Positions 47,481 through 62,459 of a stretch of DNA of 64,000 bases are shown here, one piece after another. Numbering within the stretch: the first letter of the stretch is position 1; each line of letters starts with the position of its first letter. The position numbers and the translations under genes were made by a program. Where the stretch lies: NCBI GenBank assembly GCA_002269645.1, contig NIVC01001486.1, forward strand, positions 1 to 64,000. Reading direction: 5' to 3'. This DNA comes from Macrostomum lignano. Lineage: Eukaryota. The notes beneath the pieces are model-generated. The model ran no database searches, had not been told where the DNA came from, and saw only the letters and a list, made by a program, of their open reading frames with translations.

Positions 47481-48129
47481 TGGAAGAGATCAAAGAGATC
47501 AAAGCCAAGAAGCTGCTCTAAACTTCTGTTTAATTTTTCGAATAATTTTGATTCGTTTCGTTTGAATGGTGGCGTTTTAAGACGCATGTCGAATTCCCAC
47601 GTGCAGCATCTGCAGAGCATCATCATCGATATGAGTGTATTTTGGCTTTTAACGCGACATCAACAGAATTAATAAATGAATTTAAGTGATTTGTATAAAT
47701 GTAAGCTCAATATTTGGCTTATTTAATACAAGCAAAGTTGTATTGTATGAGAGTGACACTGATTCACACATTGAGATGCAGGTGCAATCGCTCAGCTGCT
47801 TCTCTCTGAAAAGCTGGGGAAAGACTTGATTGTATGTCAGCATGCAATCAGGGCTGTCAGGCCTTCACTATGGTAATTTTTAAGCAACAGAAGCTCACAG
47901 AAGCTCACAACCCACCTGCCAATCTGCCAGAGACCGGCATGGACTCTGCGTTACGATGGGGCTGCACGTGACTGTCGGGCTGCTCCGACGAACAATTTGT
48001 GTCCTTTAGCCAGACAGCATTGCTTCACTTCAGCCAGTTGTATAATGGGTTATATAATAAGCATTAGCACCAATTATACAGCTGTTTTAGATGAATATTG
48101 TGTTGTTTTGCTCCCTAAGACGTGCTGTT

Positions 48130-48235
48130 GGGATCACCAACTCCATGGCCGCAAACCTGTAAGCTGAGGCCTTCAACAAGTGGCAGTTGAGATGGCAGCG
48201 CTGCATTGAGAAGGGTGGCGACTAGTGTTGAAAAT
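48130..48235 (+). mobile_element. Mariner transposase 3'-end fragment
   Basis: Matches 46641-46749 (CCATGGCCGCAAACCTG...GGCGACTA). Confidence 0.85.
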
Positions 48236-50974
48236 TTCCGTTTGTTCTGCTTCTGTTGTTTCTTGGATTCCTCATTACAGCACCTGTCCGATATTTCACC
48301 GGACAACATCGGACTCAGAATGCTTATAGAATATTCGAATAAGTGAATTACAGCAAGCAGTACAATGTAAAAGATTTGAAAATAGAAAAACAGTACAATG
48401 CACTGCTAGAAGCCATACGCTGCGCCGGCAAAACCGTGGAAAGACCGGAAAGAGGTAAAATATTAATTTAATTTAGAAATTAGATTTAATTTAATTTAAT
48501 TAATTTAATTTAATTTAATTTTCTAATCTAATTTAAAACCTTTTCTAATTTAAATTAAATAATAAATTTTCTAATTTAATTAGAAAAGAAAATTTTAGAA
48601 AAGAAATAAAAAGAAAAGAAATAAAAAGAAAAGAAATAATTTAGAAAAGAAATTTTCTAATAGATAATTTAATTAGAAAATTATCTAATTAGAAGTCGGT
48701 AGATAATTAAGACTTATTACTTTATTAAGAATTATTAAGACTTATATAAGTTCAAATATAAGTCTTTTCCGAAAGATGAAATTATTATTGAACTATAATA
48801 ACTTGAAGTGTTGAACTCATAGTGGATTCATGTTTCTACATAGTGGACATAGAAAAAAAAAGTGTGTTGGACTCATAGTGGACATAGAAAACTCACAATG
48901 AGATGTACGATGATTCCACGTTATCATAAGTTTTCATACGGCACTCATAGCAGGTAATAAATAAATAGCCTGCTATAATACGATGTAGCACGAACAATTT
49001 ATATTTATATATATATATTCCAACACACTTAAGCTTAAGCATTCAGCTCGATCTCTCTCGACACATCGCAAATCAGCCATCGTTGCGGCCAGCAATGCCA
49101 GCAGCAGACGTCAGCGAGCAGCTCAGCAGCAGCCCGACAGCCACCTCCAGCCCCATCGTTGCGGCCTGGGACGCAGAGCTCATGGCAGATTCGCAGGTTG
49201 GTTTTTGAGCTTCTGTGATTCTCAAGCATGAGGCTTGACAGCCCTGAGTGCATGCTGAAATCCCTGAATTTCCTGAATCCCTGAATATTTTTCTGTGAAA
49301 TCCGGCTTTTCAGAGACCTTCGCAACCTGATGGCTGAGCGATGGCAGCTGCATCTCAATTTGTGTAAATCACACTATGATTAGATGCATCAAATCTTTGA
49401 CTTTTTTCCTAAATTCATGTTAATTAATTTCATTAAATTCTGTTAATAGCCCGCGCGTTAAAAGCCAAAATACACTCCTATCGATTCGATCGATGATGAG
49501 CTGCAGCTGCACTGCAGGTGTGAATTCGCCATGCGTCTGAAACCGCCAGAATTAATCGATTGATCGACTTTGTCAATCGGGCACACTTAAACAAAAGCGA
49601 GAAAAACAGACACATCACATGTACATGAAAATTCCATTAACATAAAGCTTCAGCTTCTGGCAACACTAATTTATTTCACGAGCAGGTAGAATGAGCCTCA
49701 TGAGAATGAGGTAGAATGTTCCCACCAGCACCAGCCCTCCCCTTTCTACCTAGGAGGATAAAGACAATATAATTTATATCCGTTGCAGATCAACTGAACT
49801 GATCAATGAACTTGCAAAGTACGTAAATTAAAATATAATAAAGCACAACAAATTGCTTTAAAAGAATCATTGTTCATATTTAAAGTTTTGGCTATATTAA
49901 TGTAGATTAGATATTTTTTGTACCTATAAATGCTAAATAAAAGAAAAAATGCTTAAGACATTAAGACTTTAAACTCGGAAGAATTGTTTAATTTAATGAG
50001 CGTCGCGGAAATTTAGGAGTTATGTCCGAATTTATCTACTGCGGTTAGTAGTGCGCAAAGTTTTTTGCAGTAGTAGTAAATGTGGAATTTCATATTTAGA
50101 AGCCCTGACGCCAAATCTCAGTCGTTTTTTGCTCGCCGTAGCAACGCTTGCTCTCACACATTTCTTGCTCTCTCAAATTTAAATTAAACTATTAAATTTA
50201 ACAAAAGTACATAACTCTTATCACGGATACGAGTTTGTTTAATGACAAAACGTAGAATTTTTTCTTAATTTTTACACGGTCTCCAATCTCAATTATTTCT
50301 TTATTTAATTTTAACCATAATGCAAGAAAAATGAATAGTGAGCAGTTGGAGATGCGAGTGGGATATCACTCCAGCAGCAATTCACTGTAAAACATGTGTA
50401 ACCAATGAATTATTAATTGTATTAGGTCAATATGATTTTCATATCTTATATTTTTGCGGCGTAGGTAAGCGGAGTATTTGAGAATTGCCCCTCAGTCATT
50501 ACTCCTGGACAGCCTGGACAGTCTCTTAACTCGAGAATTTCTCAACTCAGGAGAAAACCCCGCGTGGGCTAAAAATAGATTTCTGCGTGCACGGAGCTGC
50601 GGCAAATCCACGGCTTTTCCGCCTGCCACAGAGTTGTGCTAAGTGCAGTTTTATAAGCACTTCGGAACAAACATTTCGTTGGAGAAAATGCAGTTTTCTT
50701 GTCGATTTTCAACACTCAAACTGAGCAGCTTCAGTTTATTTAAAACAATTGAAACATTTCGACAGAGCATTCAACTGAGAATGAAGCAGATCGCAAATGC
50801 AGTCTGAATGCCTGACAGTAGTATGCAAAGGATATTATTATTATTATTGATAGAAATGGCACATTTAACATTGCAATCGCATTCGCCTATTAGAATAGAC
50901 GCAATCAGGCTTTGAGTCCGGGCCGATATGTATCGAAAAGACCCAGCATGCAGTGCGAATTGCAGCCTGAGTGA

Positions 50975-51200
<226 letters not shown>

Positions 51201-51224
51201 CGACTGCGGTTGGTTGGTGCTGTG

Positions 51225-52040
51225 GTGTCACTCTGTGTGTCACTCTGTGTTACTCTGTGTGTCACTCTGGGTAGCTGCGGCACTCTGTGTCACTCTGGGT
51301 AGCTGCGGCACTCTGTGTGTCACTCTGGGTAGCTGTGGCACTGTGTTTGTCATTCTGGGTAGCTGTGGCACTCTGTGTGTCACTCTGGGTAGCTTCGCCA
51401 CTCTGTGTATTACTCTGTGTAGCTGCAGCACTCTGTATGTCCCTCTGGGTAGCTACTGCACTCTGTGTGTCACTCTGGGTAGCTGCGGCACTCTGTGTGT
51501 CACTCTGGGTAGCTGCGGCACTCTGTGTGTCACTCTAGGTAGCTGCGGCACTCTGTGTGTCACTATGGGTAGCTGCGGCACTCTGTGTGTCACTATGGGT
51601 AGCTGCGGCACTCTGTGTGTCACTCTGGGTAGCTTCAGCACTCTGTATGTCACTCTGGGTAGCTTCGACACTCTGTGTGTCACTCTGGGTAGTTGCGGCA
51701 CTCTGTGTGTCACTCTGGGCAGCTGCGGCACTCTGTGTGTCACTCTGGGTAGCTTCAGCACTCTGTGTGTCACTCTGGGTAGTTGCGGCACTCTGTGTGT
51801 CACTCTGGGTAGCTGCGGCACTCTGTGTGTCACTATGGGTGTCACTATGTGTCACTCTGGGTAGTTGCGGCACTCTGTGTGTCACTCTGGGTAGCTGCGG
51901 CACTCTGTGTGTCACTCTGGGTAGCTTCAGCACTCTGTGTGTCACTCTGGGTAGTTGCGGCACTCTGTGTGTCACTCTGGGTAGCTGCGGCACTCTGTGT
52001 GTCACTATGGGTAGCTGCGGCACTCTGTGTGTCACTCTCA
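51225..52040 (+). repeat. 30-bp minisatellite GTCACTCTGGGTAGCTGCGGCACTCTGTGT, about 27 copies
   Basis: Directly visible. Confidence 0.95.
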
Positions 52041-54369
52041 TCACTCACAAGCACTCTAAAATTTGCTGCAAAGACCAAAAGTCACACACCAGAAATCCGG
52101 GCGCTCCTCAGCCTCGTGCCCAGTCACGCGGACACGTCGGACATGCCGAAGCCGACGGCGAACAGGCCGCAGCGGAGCTTCTTGATATTTGATGATGAGC
52201 CGGCGGGGCAGGATGCAGCCCTTCAAACTGAGGTGAGGCTCATCCATGAAGAGCGTGAGCACAACCGAGCACATGAGGCAGAGGGGCAGGAGAGAAACCC
52301 TGGGCTCAGGGCAGGGCCAGCTGTACGAGCCTGGGGTGGGTGTATTTTTAGCACGCCTGGAGCTCTACAGTTTGGTTTTCTGTCTGCCCGGCCGTGCCTA
52401 GGCGCTCCGCCCCTCCGCTCGCCGCCCACGCAAATGATACAGCCAAGGACGACTTAAGTAGACGGACGGGAAACCTCGTTTCTTAGAAATTTTAGAAGGC
52501 AGGTGTTTCCGAAAAAATACACTACGGAGATAAAAAGTTTTCATTTTTTCAGCACAAAAGTTGTTATTGCTTTCGATAAGAGGCCGATCCAGTGTTCATT
52601 TTTGATATGTTGCACAATGACGTCACCACACAGCAGTAAATTGGCGAGTTTTGCTATGTTTCCAAACTTACCATGACATGACTTGCTTGAGGCAATCTTC
52701 CTAATAAACTTGCGGTCTAATCATTTTCAAGTTAAACAAGTTTTGCATGTCTCAAAGAGAGGAGGTTGATTGGAGACTTCGAACTGTAGAGAGCAGTGTT
52801 CTCCTTGCTTGCTGTTGTCCAGCTCTCCCTTCGTGCTGCGAGTCTGCCTGCAGCCCGGAGCAGGGCTCGCCATTTTCTCTCAGGTCAACCAGTCTGCCTG
52901 GTGTATTTCTATTGCTCAACAGGGTGGGGGCTGTGAAGGTCTTAGAAATCGAATCTTAGTTGCAGCGCTTGTTGAAGAAATTCTTAGAGTTTATCCAATC
53001 AACAACAATTACCGATCAGACTCAGACTCCGAGTCCAGGACCCGAGCGGTGCCAGCAGCAGCGGATGACTCCAGAGAGCTTTTTTGTCCCTTTTCCACAA
53101 TTTCAGACCCGCGAACTTTGATTTTGATCACACAGACAGCTGACATGTAGACTGTCACATTAATTTAAAACTTGGCAATGGAGTTGGTCAGTAAACAATC
53201 CACAGAGAGTGTGCAAGTGCCGCTGTACACCCAGTCAGAGCGTGTGTATGAGGGTGCTGCATGCGTATTGGCGCGCTTGTATGGTGTGCTCAGAAGTCAG
53301 AGGAATGAGCAGAATTGCCGTCAGTGCTGTATGTGAGAGAAGGTGGCCCACATTCACCTGCGAATATATTAATATTAAAAGCACTTGCACTTACTTACTG
53401 ACCCTCAACTAAAAGTTTGTCCTTGGCTGTACTGGGCGTACCTAAATAGGGGCAGTGTATTTGAAATAAAAACGGTGGCAGTGTAAGGCACAACATAGCA
53501 AATTCTTCTTATCAAGATTTATAACACAGAGTTGAATAGGAAGCGAAGTTAGCCATTAAAAGAGGCCCATAATAAGCTGCATCTCATTATTCTGGTAAAC
53601 AATAAATGAATAATACTTTATTCACAGTCTTGAATAAGTATAACAATAAAGTTCATAAGGCCCAGGATTGTCCCCGCAGTCGCGTCGGGATCTGCACCGC
53701 GCCCCAGAAAGCGACGGTGCTGTCGGCGATGCGAGCTTCTGACGCCATGGACGACTCTGCTGGACTGCCGCTGGCTCTGACGAGCTGCTGAAAACCGATA
53801 TCTGACTGTTAAAAGCACAGTGGCTAAATACGAGTTACGGAATGGCACCGGCCCGAATTGTCACAGCTGTCATTGGCTGGCTGCAGGAGTCTCAGTGCAG
53901 CCAGCGTGGCTATAGCACAGACGGCGACCCTGGATGTACCATTGTTAGTAGCTGCTGAATAGCTTTTTGCGTGGGTGTTAGGACTGAGATATTGTAAAGA
54001 ATAAGAGAATGAAAGAAGTAGCTGGAAAGCGGGACTTCATGCAGGCAATTCCGCGGTAAACCCACGGTTTTTTCTCACGCTTTTGCTACGAGCGTACAAA
54101 TAGCCCGGCTGGCTGGAAATATTGGCCCTGCCGTTGAGCAACTGCTTCGAACTTGAAAAACCACCCTATGCACTGTTTGAGCTGCGCACATTGAATTTGC
54201 GCAGCCACGTGCAGCCCCATATTTGTGGCCTGAGGATCAGATTAGAAAGAAGGTTTCCAGGAGCGGTTGTGGCCACCTAATCACGGACAACAACCAGGGG
54301 CACACAAAGGACTTGCTTGAAGAGTTTGCTAACTTGCTTTAGAATATCTAGAATAAGTATGATGTCCCG

Positions 54370-54500
54370 CACCTGCAAGATATCCTCCAACATGAAGTCG
54401 CGGAGTCAAATTTATCATATTTTCGGCCAACTGCGATCTGGTGACGAGGTCATCTGGTTCTGATACTCGGGGCACTAACCGGCACCCAACCGTACGGACT
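54370..54500 (+). mobile_element. Mariner transposase 5' fragment
   Basis: Matches 45368-45500 (GTCGCGGAGTCAA...CCCAACCGTACGGACTT). Confidence 0.8.
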
Positions 54501-54685
54501 TTCGCCGTCGGTTGCTGTCGAAATTTTGAGCTTTTGTTTAATCAGTGACTAGACAGCTCCTAAATTCAGTTAAATGCTGTTGATGTTGCGTTAAAATTAA
54601 GTCAAAATGCACTCGTATTGACGAGCTTCATATTGAGTAGCAATCAGTGCAAAACATCTGCAACCAATTCTTACAGAACTTGTTA

Positions 54686-55635
54686 TGTCACTCTCACCAC
54701 TTAGGCACTCCAAATGTCACTCTCATCACTCACAGGCAAGCCAGATATCACTCTTATCACTCACAGGCACTCCAGATGTCACTCTCACCACTCAAAGGCA
54801 CACCAGATGTCACTCTCACCACTCACAGGCACTCCAGATGTCACTCTCATCATTCACAGGCACTCCAGATGTCACTCTCATCACTCAAAGGCACTCCAGA
54901 TGTCACTCTCATCACTCACAGGCACTCCAGATGTCACTCTCATCACTCACAGGCACTCCAGATGTCACTCTCATCACTCAAAGGCACTCTAAATGTCACT
55001 CTCGTCACTCAAAGGCACTCCAGATGTCACTCTCACCACTCAAAGGCACACCAGATGTCACTCTCACCACTCACAGGCACTCCAGATGTCACTCTCATCA
55101 TTTACAGGCATTCCAGATGTCACTCTCATCACTCAAAGGCACTCCAGATGTCACTCTCATCATTCACAGGCACTCCAGATGTCACTCTCATCACTCACAG
55201 GCACTCCAGATGTCACTCTCATCACTCAAAGGCACTCTAAATGTCACTCTCGTCACTCAAAGGCACTCCAGATGTCACTCTTATCACTCACAGGCACTTC
55301 AGATGTCACTCTCATCACTCACAGGCACTCCAGATGTCACTCTCATCACTCACAGGCACTCCAGATGTCACTCTCGTCACTCAAAGGCACTCCAGATGTC
55401 ACTCTCATCACTCACAGGCACTCCGGATGTCACTCTTATCACTCACAGGCACTCCAGATGTCACTCTCTCACTCTCATCACTGACAGGCACTCCAGATGT
55501 CACTCTTATCACTCACAGGCACTCCAGATGTGACTCTCATCACTGACAGGCACTCCAGATGTCACTCTTATCACTCACAGGCACTCCAGATGTGACTCTC
55601 ATCACTCACAGGCACTCCAGATGTCACTCTCATCT
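54686..55635 (+). repeat. 31-bp minisatellite GTCACTCTCATCACTCACAGGCACTCCAGAT, about 30 copies
   Basis: Period of 31 measured (54775 to 54806). Confidence 0.95.
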
Positions 55636-56814
55636 CTCATCCAGCAGGTCCAGCAGGCGGCGCCAGTCGAGCCGCCGGGTGCACCCAGCTATTATGAGTG
55701 TGAAACACTGAGCTACGGAGAATTATCTGGGAATGCATTCTAACGATTTGATAGTCAACGAGAACTTTTCCAGTGCTTACAGTGTCTCTTCCTAATCCGA
55801 TGGCTGCAAAGGCCAATTGGGCAGCCACTTCATTGGCTCGTGAAGGAGGCGGGGGTTGCTGCGGTTGCAACGGCGGGCATCCACAATTGGCTGCTTCTGC
55901 AGACAAAAGTACAGCAGATTTCACCGCGGGGAAAGGAGACAGGCGGTGCTGGCTCGAAAGAATTGTGTGTGAAAGAAACTTGCAGACGAAGGCAGGTCAG
56001 CAAACACAGCGCACGCACAGCCCCTCCCCCCTCCTGACCCAGCAAAGCAGCCACCCAGCCCGCAGTTCAATGGCCCTCACCAGTGGCAAGCCTAACAGGA
56101 ATTTCTACCTCAATGTCTAAAACTGACTATCCAGATCTAGGACGCTGGGCTCACTGCATGTCGCCAAACCAACCACCGCCTGTCTCTTGCCGAAAAGTGG
56201 AGTTTTCTATGGGAAATTGGGAAATTGGGGGCTGGGGGGCAGGATGATTCAAGGGAAGAGAAATCGCAACACGTGGGTTACACTGGATAATAAATTTGGT
56301 TGTTGAATTCTGATAACTAGGGGTGGATTCTCAACAAGTGCAAAGCGATAATGATTTAGTGATTTGTGTAAGTAAAATACGCAATGCATGTACAATATCT
56401 AGATATGCGCACTATATGCGACTAAGATTGCAAATGCAAACACAAATTTTCAATTTATTTTTTAGTGGCTGATTTGTACTTTTATTCGAATTCAAATTAT
56501 CACATTATAACAGCGGCCAACTAAACAGAAAGGCAAGTTTTGCAAAAAGTTGTAAACCAACTTCACACATATCCAGTCCTCCACACATGTATCTCTAATG
56601 TATTCTTAATGCATTTAAACATACTTTTGGTGGCGTTGGCAACGAATTACAACAAAGAAACAACGAAGAGTCATTTCATCGAACTCCACTCTACGCCAAG
56701 TTTAAGGCCAGCAAACGGGGTTTCTGGTTTTCTTTAATTAAATTCTCAAAAGTGTCAAAATCAACATCGCAGGCCGCCATTTTGAGTGAATTCTACTTGA
56801 ATTCCACTTCAGTT

Positions 56815-56905
56815 GGCCGCAAACCTGTACGCTGAGGCCTTCAACAAGTGGCAGGTGAGGTGGCAGCGCAGCACTGAGAAGGGTGGCGACTATGTTTAAA
56901 AATGA
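56815..56905 (+). mobile_element. Mariner transposase 3'-end fragment
   Basis: Matches 46660-46749. Confidence 0.8.
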
Positions 56906-57688
56906 CTTGTGCTGTTTGCTCTGGTTGCTTCTTTGTTTCCTGAGTTACGGCACCTGTCCGATTTTTCACCGGACAGCTCTGTACTTTGTGTGCAAATTCT
57001 CGAGTTTTAAAGTGATTCTCATCAGCTGTGAAGTAGGTTTTGGCAGTTGAATGAGTTTTTTAGAACACAACAGTTTCTCCCTAAAGGCCAAAAAACGACC
57101 GTCACGAGAATTTCTAAAAATAGCTGCAATTGGCGGGAATCCTGCGGCAATTCCATTCCTTGCAGCTGTGATGCACTGTTCTTCTGTATTGGAGTTAATA
57201 TATTAGATATATATGTGCGATTATTAATAATAACAAGTGAGCAGGAATTGGCTTAAGCATTCAGCTCGATCTCTCGACACATCGCAAATCATGCCTTCAG
57301 AGTCCAGAAGCCCAGCAATGCCCAGCAATGAGCTGCTCGATGTCGTTCTGCGCTACCTGCCGCTCTCGGGCGGCTCTCGGCGTGGGAGCTTTGGCGGCTG
57401 CCGCCGAAGTCTAATTTTCTGTTTTACTGACTGCTTCCCCTCGCCTCCTCTCCTATTGTTTGGTGTTTGGCCTGTTCCGCCCGGGTTCGTCTTCCTCGCC
57501 CGTGTCGTGCCTTTGCCTTCCTTCCTCGGCGTCGTTCGTTAAAGGCTATTATTATTATTATTGATAGAAATGGCACATTTAACATTGCGATCGCATTCGC
57601 CTATTAGAATAGACGCAATCAGGCTTTGAGTCCGGGCCGATATGTATCGAAAAGACCCAGCATGCAGTGCGAATTGCAGCCTGAGTAA

Positions 57689-57900
<212 letters not shown>

Positions 57901-58246
57901 CTAGGGAAAATAGCCACAGAAAATAGCCAAGCACGTACCAGGGTAGAATTGAAGAGATGCGGCAAATCCACGGTTTTTCCGGCAAATCATCCATTTGCTT
58001 CTTTTTTCATGGTGCACACAGCAGCCAGCTAGTTTGGTTGGCTTATGTCTAATCCATGTCTAATGTCTAATCCGAGTCTGAGGACTTTTAATGTATTTGA
58101 AAATATTGCTAAACATACTACCCTCTGCAAGTACTCATATTCAGGGGCATCGACATGGATTTTATGGTGAGGGAGAGCCAAGACTTCTACATGTACATTA
58201 CTAAATTCCTAGATGTACATTATTTTCAGAATAAGTGTTGTCAGAA

Positions 58247-58620
58247 GCACCGTTTGAGCGGCACAGGCACTCATTTTAGCGCCTCAAGCACCGTTTGAGC
58301 GCCACAGTCACTCATTTTAGCGCCTCAAGCACCGTTTGAGCGCCACAGGCACTCATTTTAGCGCCTCAAGCACCGTTTGAGCGCCTCAAGCACCGTTTGA
58401 GCGCCACAGGCACTCATTTTAGCGCCTCAAGCACCGTTTGAGCGCCTCAAGCACCGTTTGAGCGCCACAGGCACTCATTTTAGCGCCTCAAGCACCGTTT
58501 GAGCGCCACAGGCACTCATTTTAGCGCCTCAAGCAACGTTTGAGCGCCACAGTCACTCATTTTAGCGCCTCAAGCACCGTTTGAGCGCCACAGTCATTTA
58601 TTTTAGCGCCTCAAGCACCA
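58247..58620 (+). repeat. 41-bp composite minisatellite made of 20-bp and 21-bp subunits (AGCGCCTCAAGCACCGTTTG / AGCGCCACAGGCACTCATTTT)
   Basis: About 9 units, some with an extra 20-bp subunit. Confidence 0.92.
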
Positions 58621-59032
58621 TTTTTGTCGCCCTGAAGCTAAGTTAATAATTCCATAACAGGTTAACAAAGGTGGGGTGGGGGCAAAGCATGAGAATGTCG
58701 TTCTCTAAAGTTCTCCTGATATTCGGTTTAAACCAAAGACCAAAGATAAAGTGGCTTGTGAGATGGAGGCGCTGCATTGAGAAAGTTGAGAAGGAAGGAA
58801 GGGTGAGAAGGTGACAGTGATAAGAGTGACTGTGCTGTTTTTTCGATTTGTTTCTTTGATACCTGGTCCAGAATTTGGTTACCGGGCAATTATTGACTTC
58901 GAATACTTTTAGAATATCGAATAAAAGTACAATATTCTACTTTTATACGGAGTAAGTAAGTATAATTTTAAGTACTTGTAAGTATATTGACATACACTAG
59001 AGAATACAAATGCACGGAATTTCACCAACACG

Positions 59033-59580
59033 TTAGTTTCTCATGAATTCCCCAACACTCCAGTTTCTCATGAATTCCCCAACACTCCAGTTTCTCATGA
59101 ATTCCCCAACACTCCAGTTTCTCATGAATTCTACAGCACTCCAGTTTCTCATGAATTCCCCAACAGTCCAGTTTCTCATGAATTCCCCAACACTCCAGTT
59201 TCTCATGAATTCTCCAACACTCCAGTTTCTCATGAATTCTCCAACACTCCAGTTTCTCATGAATTCCCCAACACTCCAGTTTCTCATGAATTCTCCAACA
59301 CTCCAGTTTCTCATGAATTCCCCAACACTCCAGTTTCTCATGTATTCCCCAACACCCCAGTTTCTCATGAATTCCCGAACACGGCAGTTTCTCATGAATT
59401 CCCTAACACGGCAGTTTCTCATGAATTCCCCAACACTCCAGTTTCTCATGAATTCCCCAACACGTCAGTTTCTCATGAATTCCCCAACACGTCAGTTTCT
59501 CATGAATGCCCGAACACGGCAGTTTCTCATGAATTCCCTAACACGTCAGTTTCTCATGAATTCCCGAACACGGCAGTCCC
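59033..59580 (-). repeat. 27-bp minisatellite of the same family as 44088-45085, inverted, about 20 copies
   Basis: TTTCTCATGAATTCCCCAACACTCCAG is the reverse complement of that unit family. Confidence 0.93.
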
Positions 59581-59925
59581 AGTTTACCATTGTCCCAGGC
59601 CGCTTTGTCCCAGGGCTACCAGGGGCTGTCGGGCTGGTGCTGGTGCTGCAATTCTCGCTGGCATTGCTGCGGACTCGGAGTCTGACGGCATGGCTGATTT
59701 AACATCGTGTGTCCTGTGTACGCGTTTTGCTGGTCCTGAAATTATATACACAGCTGTAATACAAGCTTATCTCTTTTTGTCCTATAGCAACACCATTGCT
59801 TCAATTCACCCAGCTGGAAACGATTCACGATTTCCAGCATTGGCTGGGGTAATTGTGAGTAACGCTGCAACACTGTGTTTGCAGCGATGTTGTTGCTGTT
59901 GTACGTAAAAGTACGCATCGCGTTG

Positions 59926-60032
59926 GGGTCACCAACTCCATGGCCGCAAACCTGTAAGCTGAGGCCTTCAACAAGTGGCAGTTGAGATGGCAGCGCTGCA
60001 TTGAGAAGAGTGGCGACTAATGTTGAAAAGTG
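59926..60032 (+). mobile_element. Mariner transposase 3'-end fragment
   Basis: Near-identical to 48130-48235. Confidence 0.85.
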
Positions 60033-61918
60033 CCGTTTGTTCTGCTTCTGTAATTGGTTATTTGATTCCTGATTACAGCACCTGTCCGATTTTTCACCGG
60101 ACAACACCGGACTCAGAATTAGATATATTAGATATTTTATTATATTATATTATTTCAGAATAAGTGAATTACTGCAAGCAGTACAATGTAAAAGATTTGA
60201 AATAGCTGGTAAAAAAAGAGTTTTCTATTTTTAGCACCGCTAGAAAAGTTGCGGCCTGGCCAACCGCTGCGCCGTGGCTGAAGACGTCAGTTTCTCTGTG
60301 TACGCGTTTTGCTAGACAAGACAAGACAAGACAAGACAAGAAGAATAATACGGCACTGATAAAAAGGCTACATAAGCACTCCATCCAGAAATATGTATAA
60401 ATAAAAGACCCTGCTGCTCCAGTGCGGGTCTCAGCTGCTCCAGTTCGGGATATCTGTGTCATCATATCTTATTAGATTTTCTGGAGATTTTCTGGAGATC
60501 TGGAGATTTTCTCTTGACTCAAATCAGCAATGCCTTCCGACTCCGGAACCCCAGCGGTGCCAGCAGCGGACGAGCATCGCATGTTTGGCAGCAGCAGCCC
60601 GACAGTCACGTGCAGCCCCATCGTTGCGGCCTGGGACGCAGAGCTCATGCCGGGTCTCTGGCAGATTCGCAGGTGGGTTGTGATCGAGCTTCTGCGATTG
60701 CTTAAACAATGCCGTAGTGAGGCCTGACTGCATGCTGAAATTCTTTCTCCGGCTTTTCAGAGACAGTTTTTCCGCCTTTTTCGGCCTTTCCGGCTTTTCC
60801 GGCCGGTTGCGAGACCGGCTTTTTGCAACCTGATGGCGGCTGAGCGATGGCAGCTGCATCTCAGTGTGTAAATCAATGTGACTCACACTGACACATTTGT
60901 ACAGATGAAATGAGATGAGATGTCAGTGATTTGCTTCAAATATTGACTTGTCATACATATTATATTCATACATATTTTATTCATATTATATTTTATATTT
61001 ATTCTGTTGATGTTGCGTTAAAATCCATAATACTGCAGCAGTGAACTCGACTCCCACCGCCTGAAAACCCCAGGGCTCAAACGAATCGAATCAGTTAATC
61101 TACTTGGGCACAGGTAAACAAAGTTCAATAAGCAACTTATTGGTTTTGAAAAATGTGATAAACACGAGCTGTTACAGGACAGCTGTGATACACAGGCACA
61201 CATCATATTCCAGCAGCAATCACGTAAGGCATGTGCAACCAAATAATTCTTTATTTGCCTCAGGACAATATGATCTTCATATTTTATATTATTGGGGCAA
61301 ACTCATTACTAGAGCGATAGGAAAAAATAAAAGGTTAATGAGGAATGAAAATGAAATAATTCCCCCCGTAACCAGAGCTAAACGAGAATTCGAGAGCCCG
61401 CGTCTCGAGCTTTTTTTGTACCAAACAAAAAAGCCCCTCGGTCGGTCGGGCTAAAAATAGATTCCTGTGTGCGGCAAATCCACGGTTTTTCCGGTCTGCC
61501 ACAGAGTTCTAAATGCAGTCAGGCCATGCATTTTATTAGCTTTTATAAACTCACTGCAGGTAATCGTAATCATACAAAGCTGTCACCGCATTTCACCAGT
61601 TTCAAAAAACAAAATGAGCCAACGCCACCAAATGCTGTTTTCTTGTCGATTTTCAACACTCCAACTGAGCACCTTCAGTTTATTTAAAACAATTGAAACA
61701 TTTCGACAGAGCATTCAACTGAGAATGAAGCAGATCGCAAATGCAGCCTGAATGCCTGACAGTAGTATGCAAAGGATATTATTATTATTATTGATAGAAA
61801 TGGCACATTTAACATTGCAATCGCATTCGCCTATAAGAATAGACGCAATCAGGCTTTGAGTCCGGGCCGATATGTATCGAAAAGGCCCAGCATGCAGTGA
61901 GAATTGCAGCCTGAGTGA

Positions 61919-62269
<351 letters not shown>

Positions 62270-62459
62270 TGACACTTAAGGGAAGTAAGTCACTCCGGGT
62301 AGCTGTTTAGTGTGTCACTCTGGTAATTGTGGCTCTTTGTGTGTCCCTTGGTAGTTGCAGCACTCTGTGTGACTGAGTGTCACAGAGTGTCTCTCTGTGT
62401 CTTTCTGGCATTTAGGGTGTAAATCTCAGTTGCTTTGAGTGTCACATAATGTGAACGTA

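Noticed and set aside
48470-48720. AT-rich stretch as a regulatory element
   Set aside because: It is low-complexity (AATTT / AGAAA) slippage sequence with no further structure.
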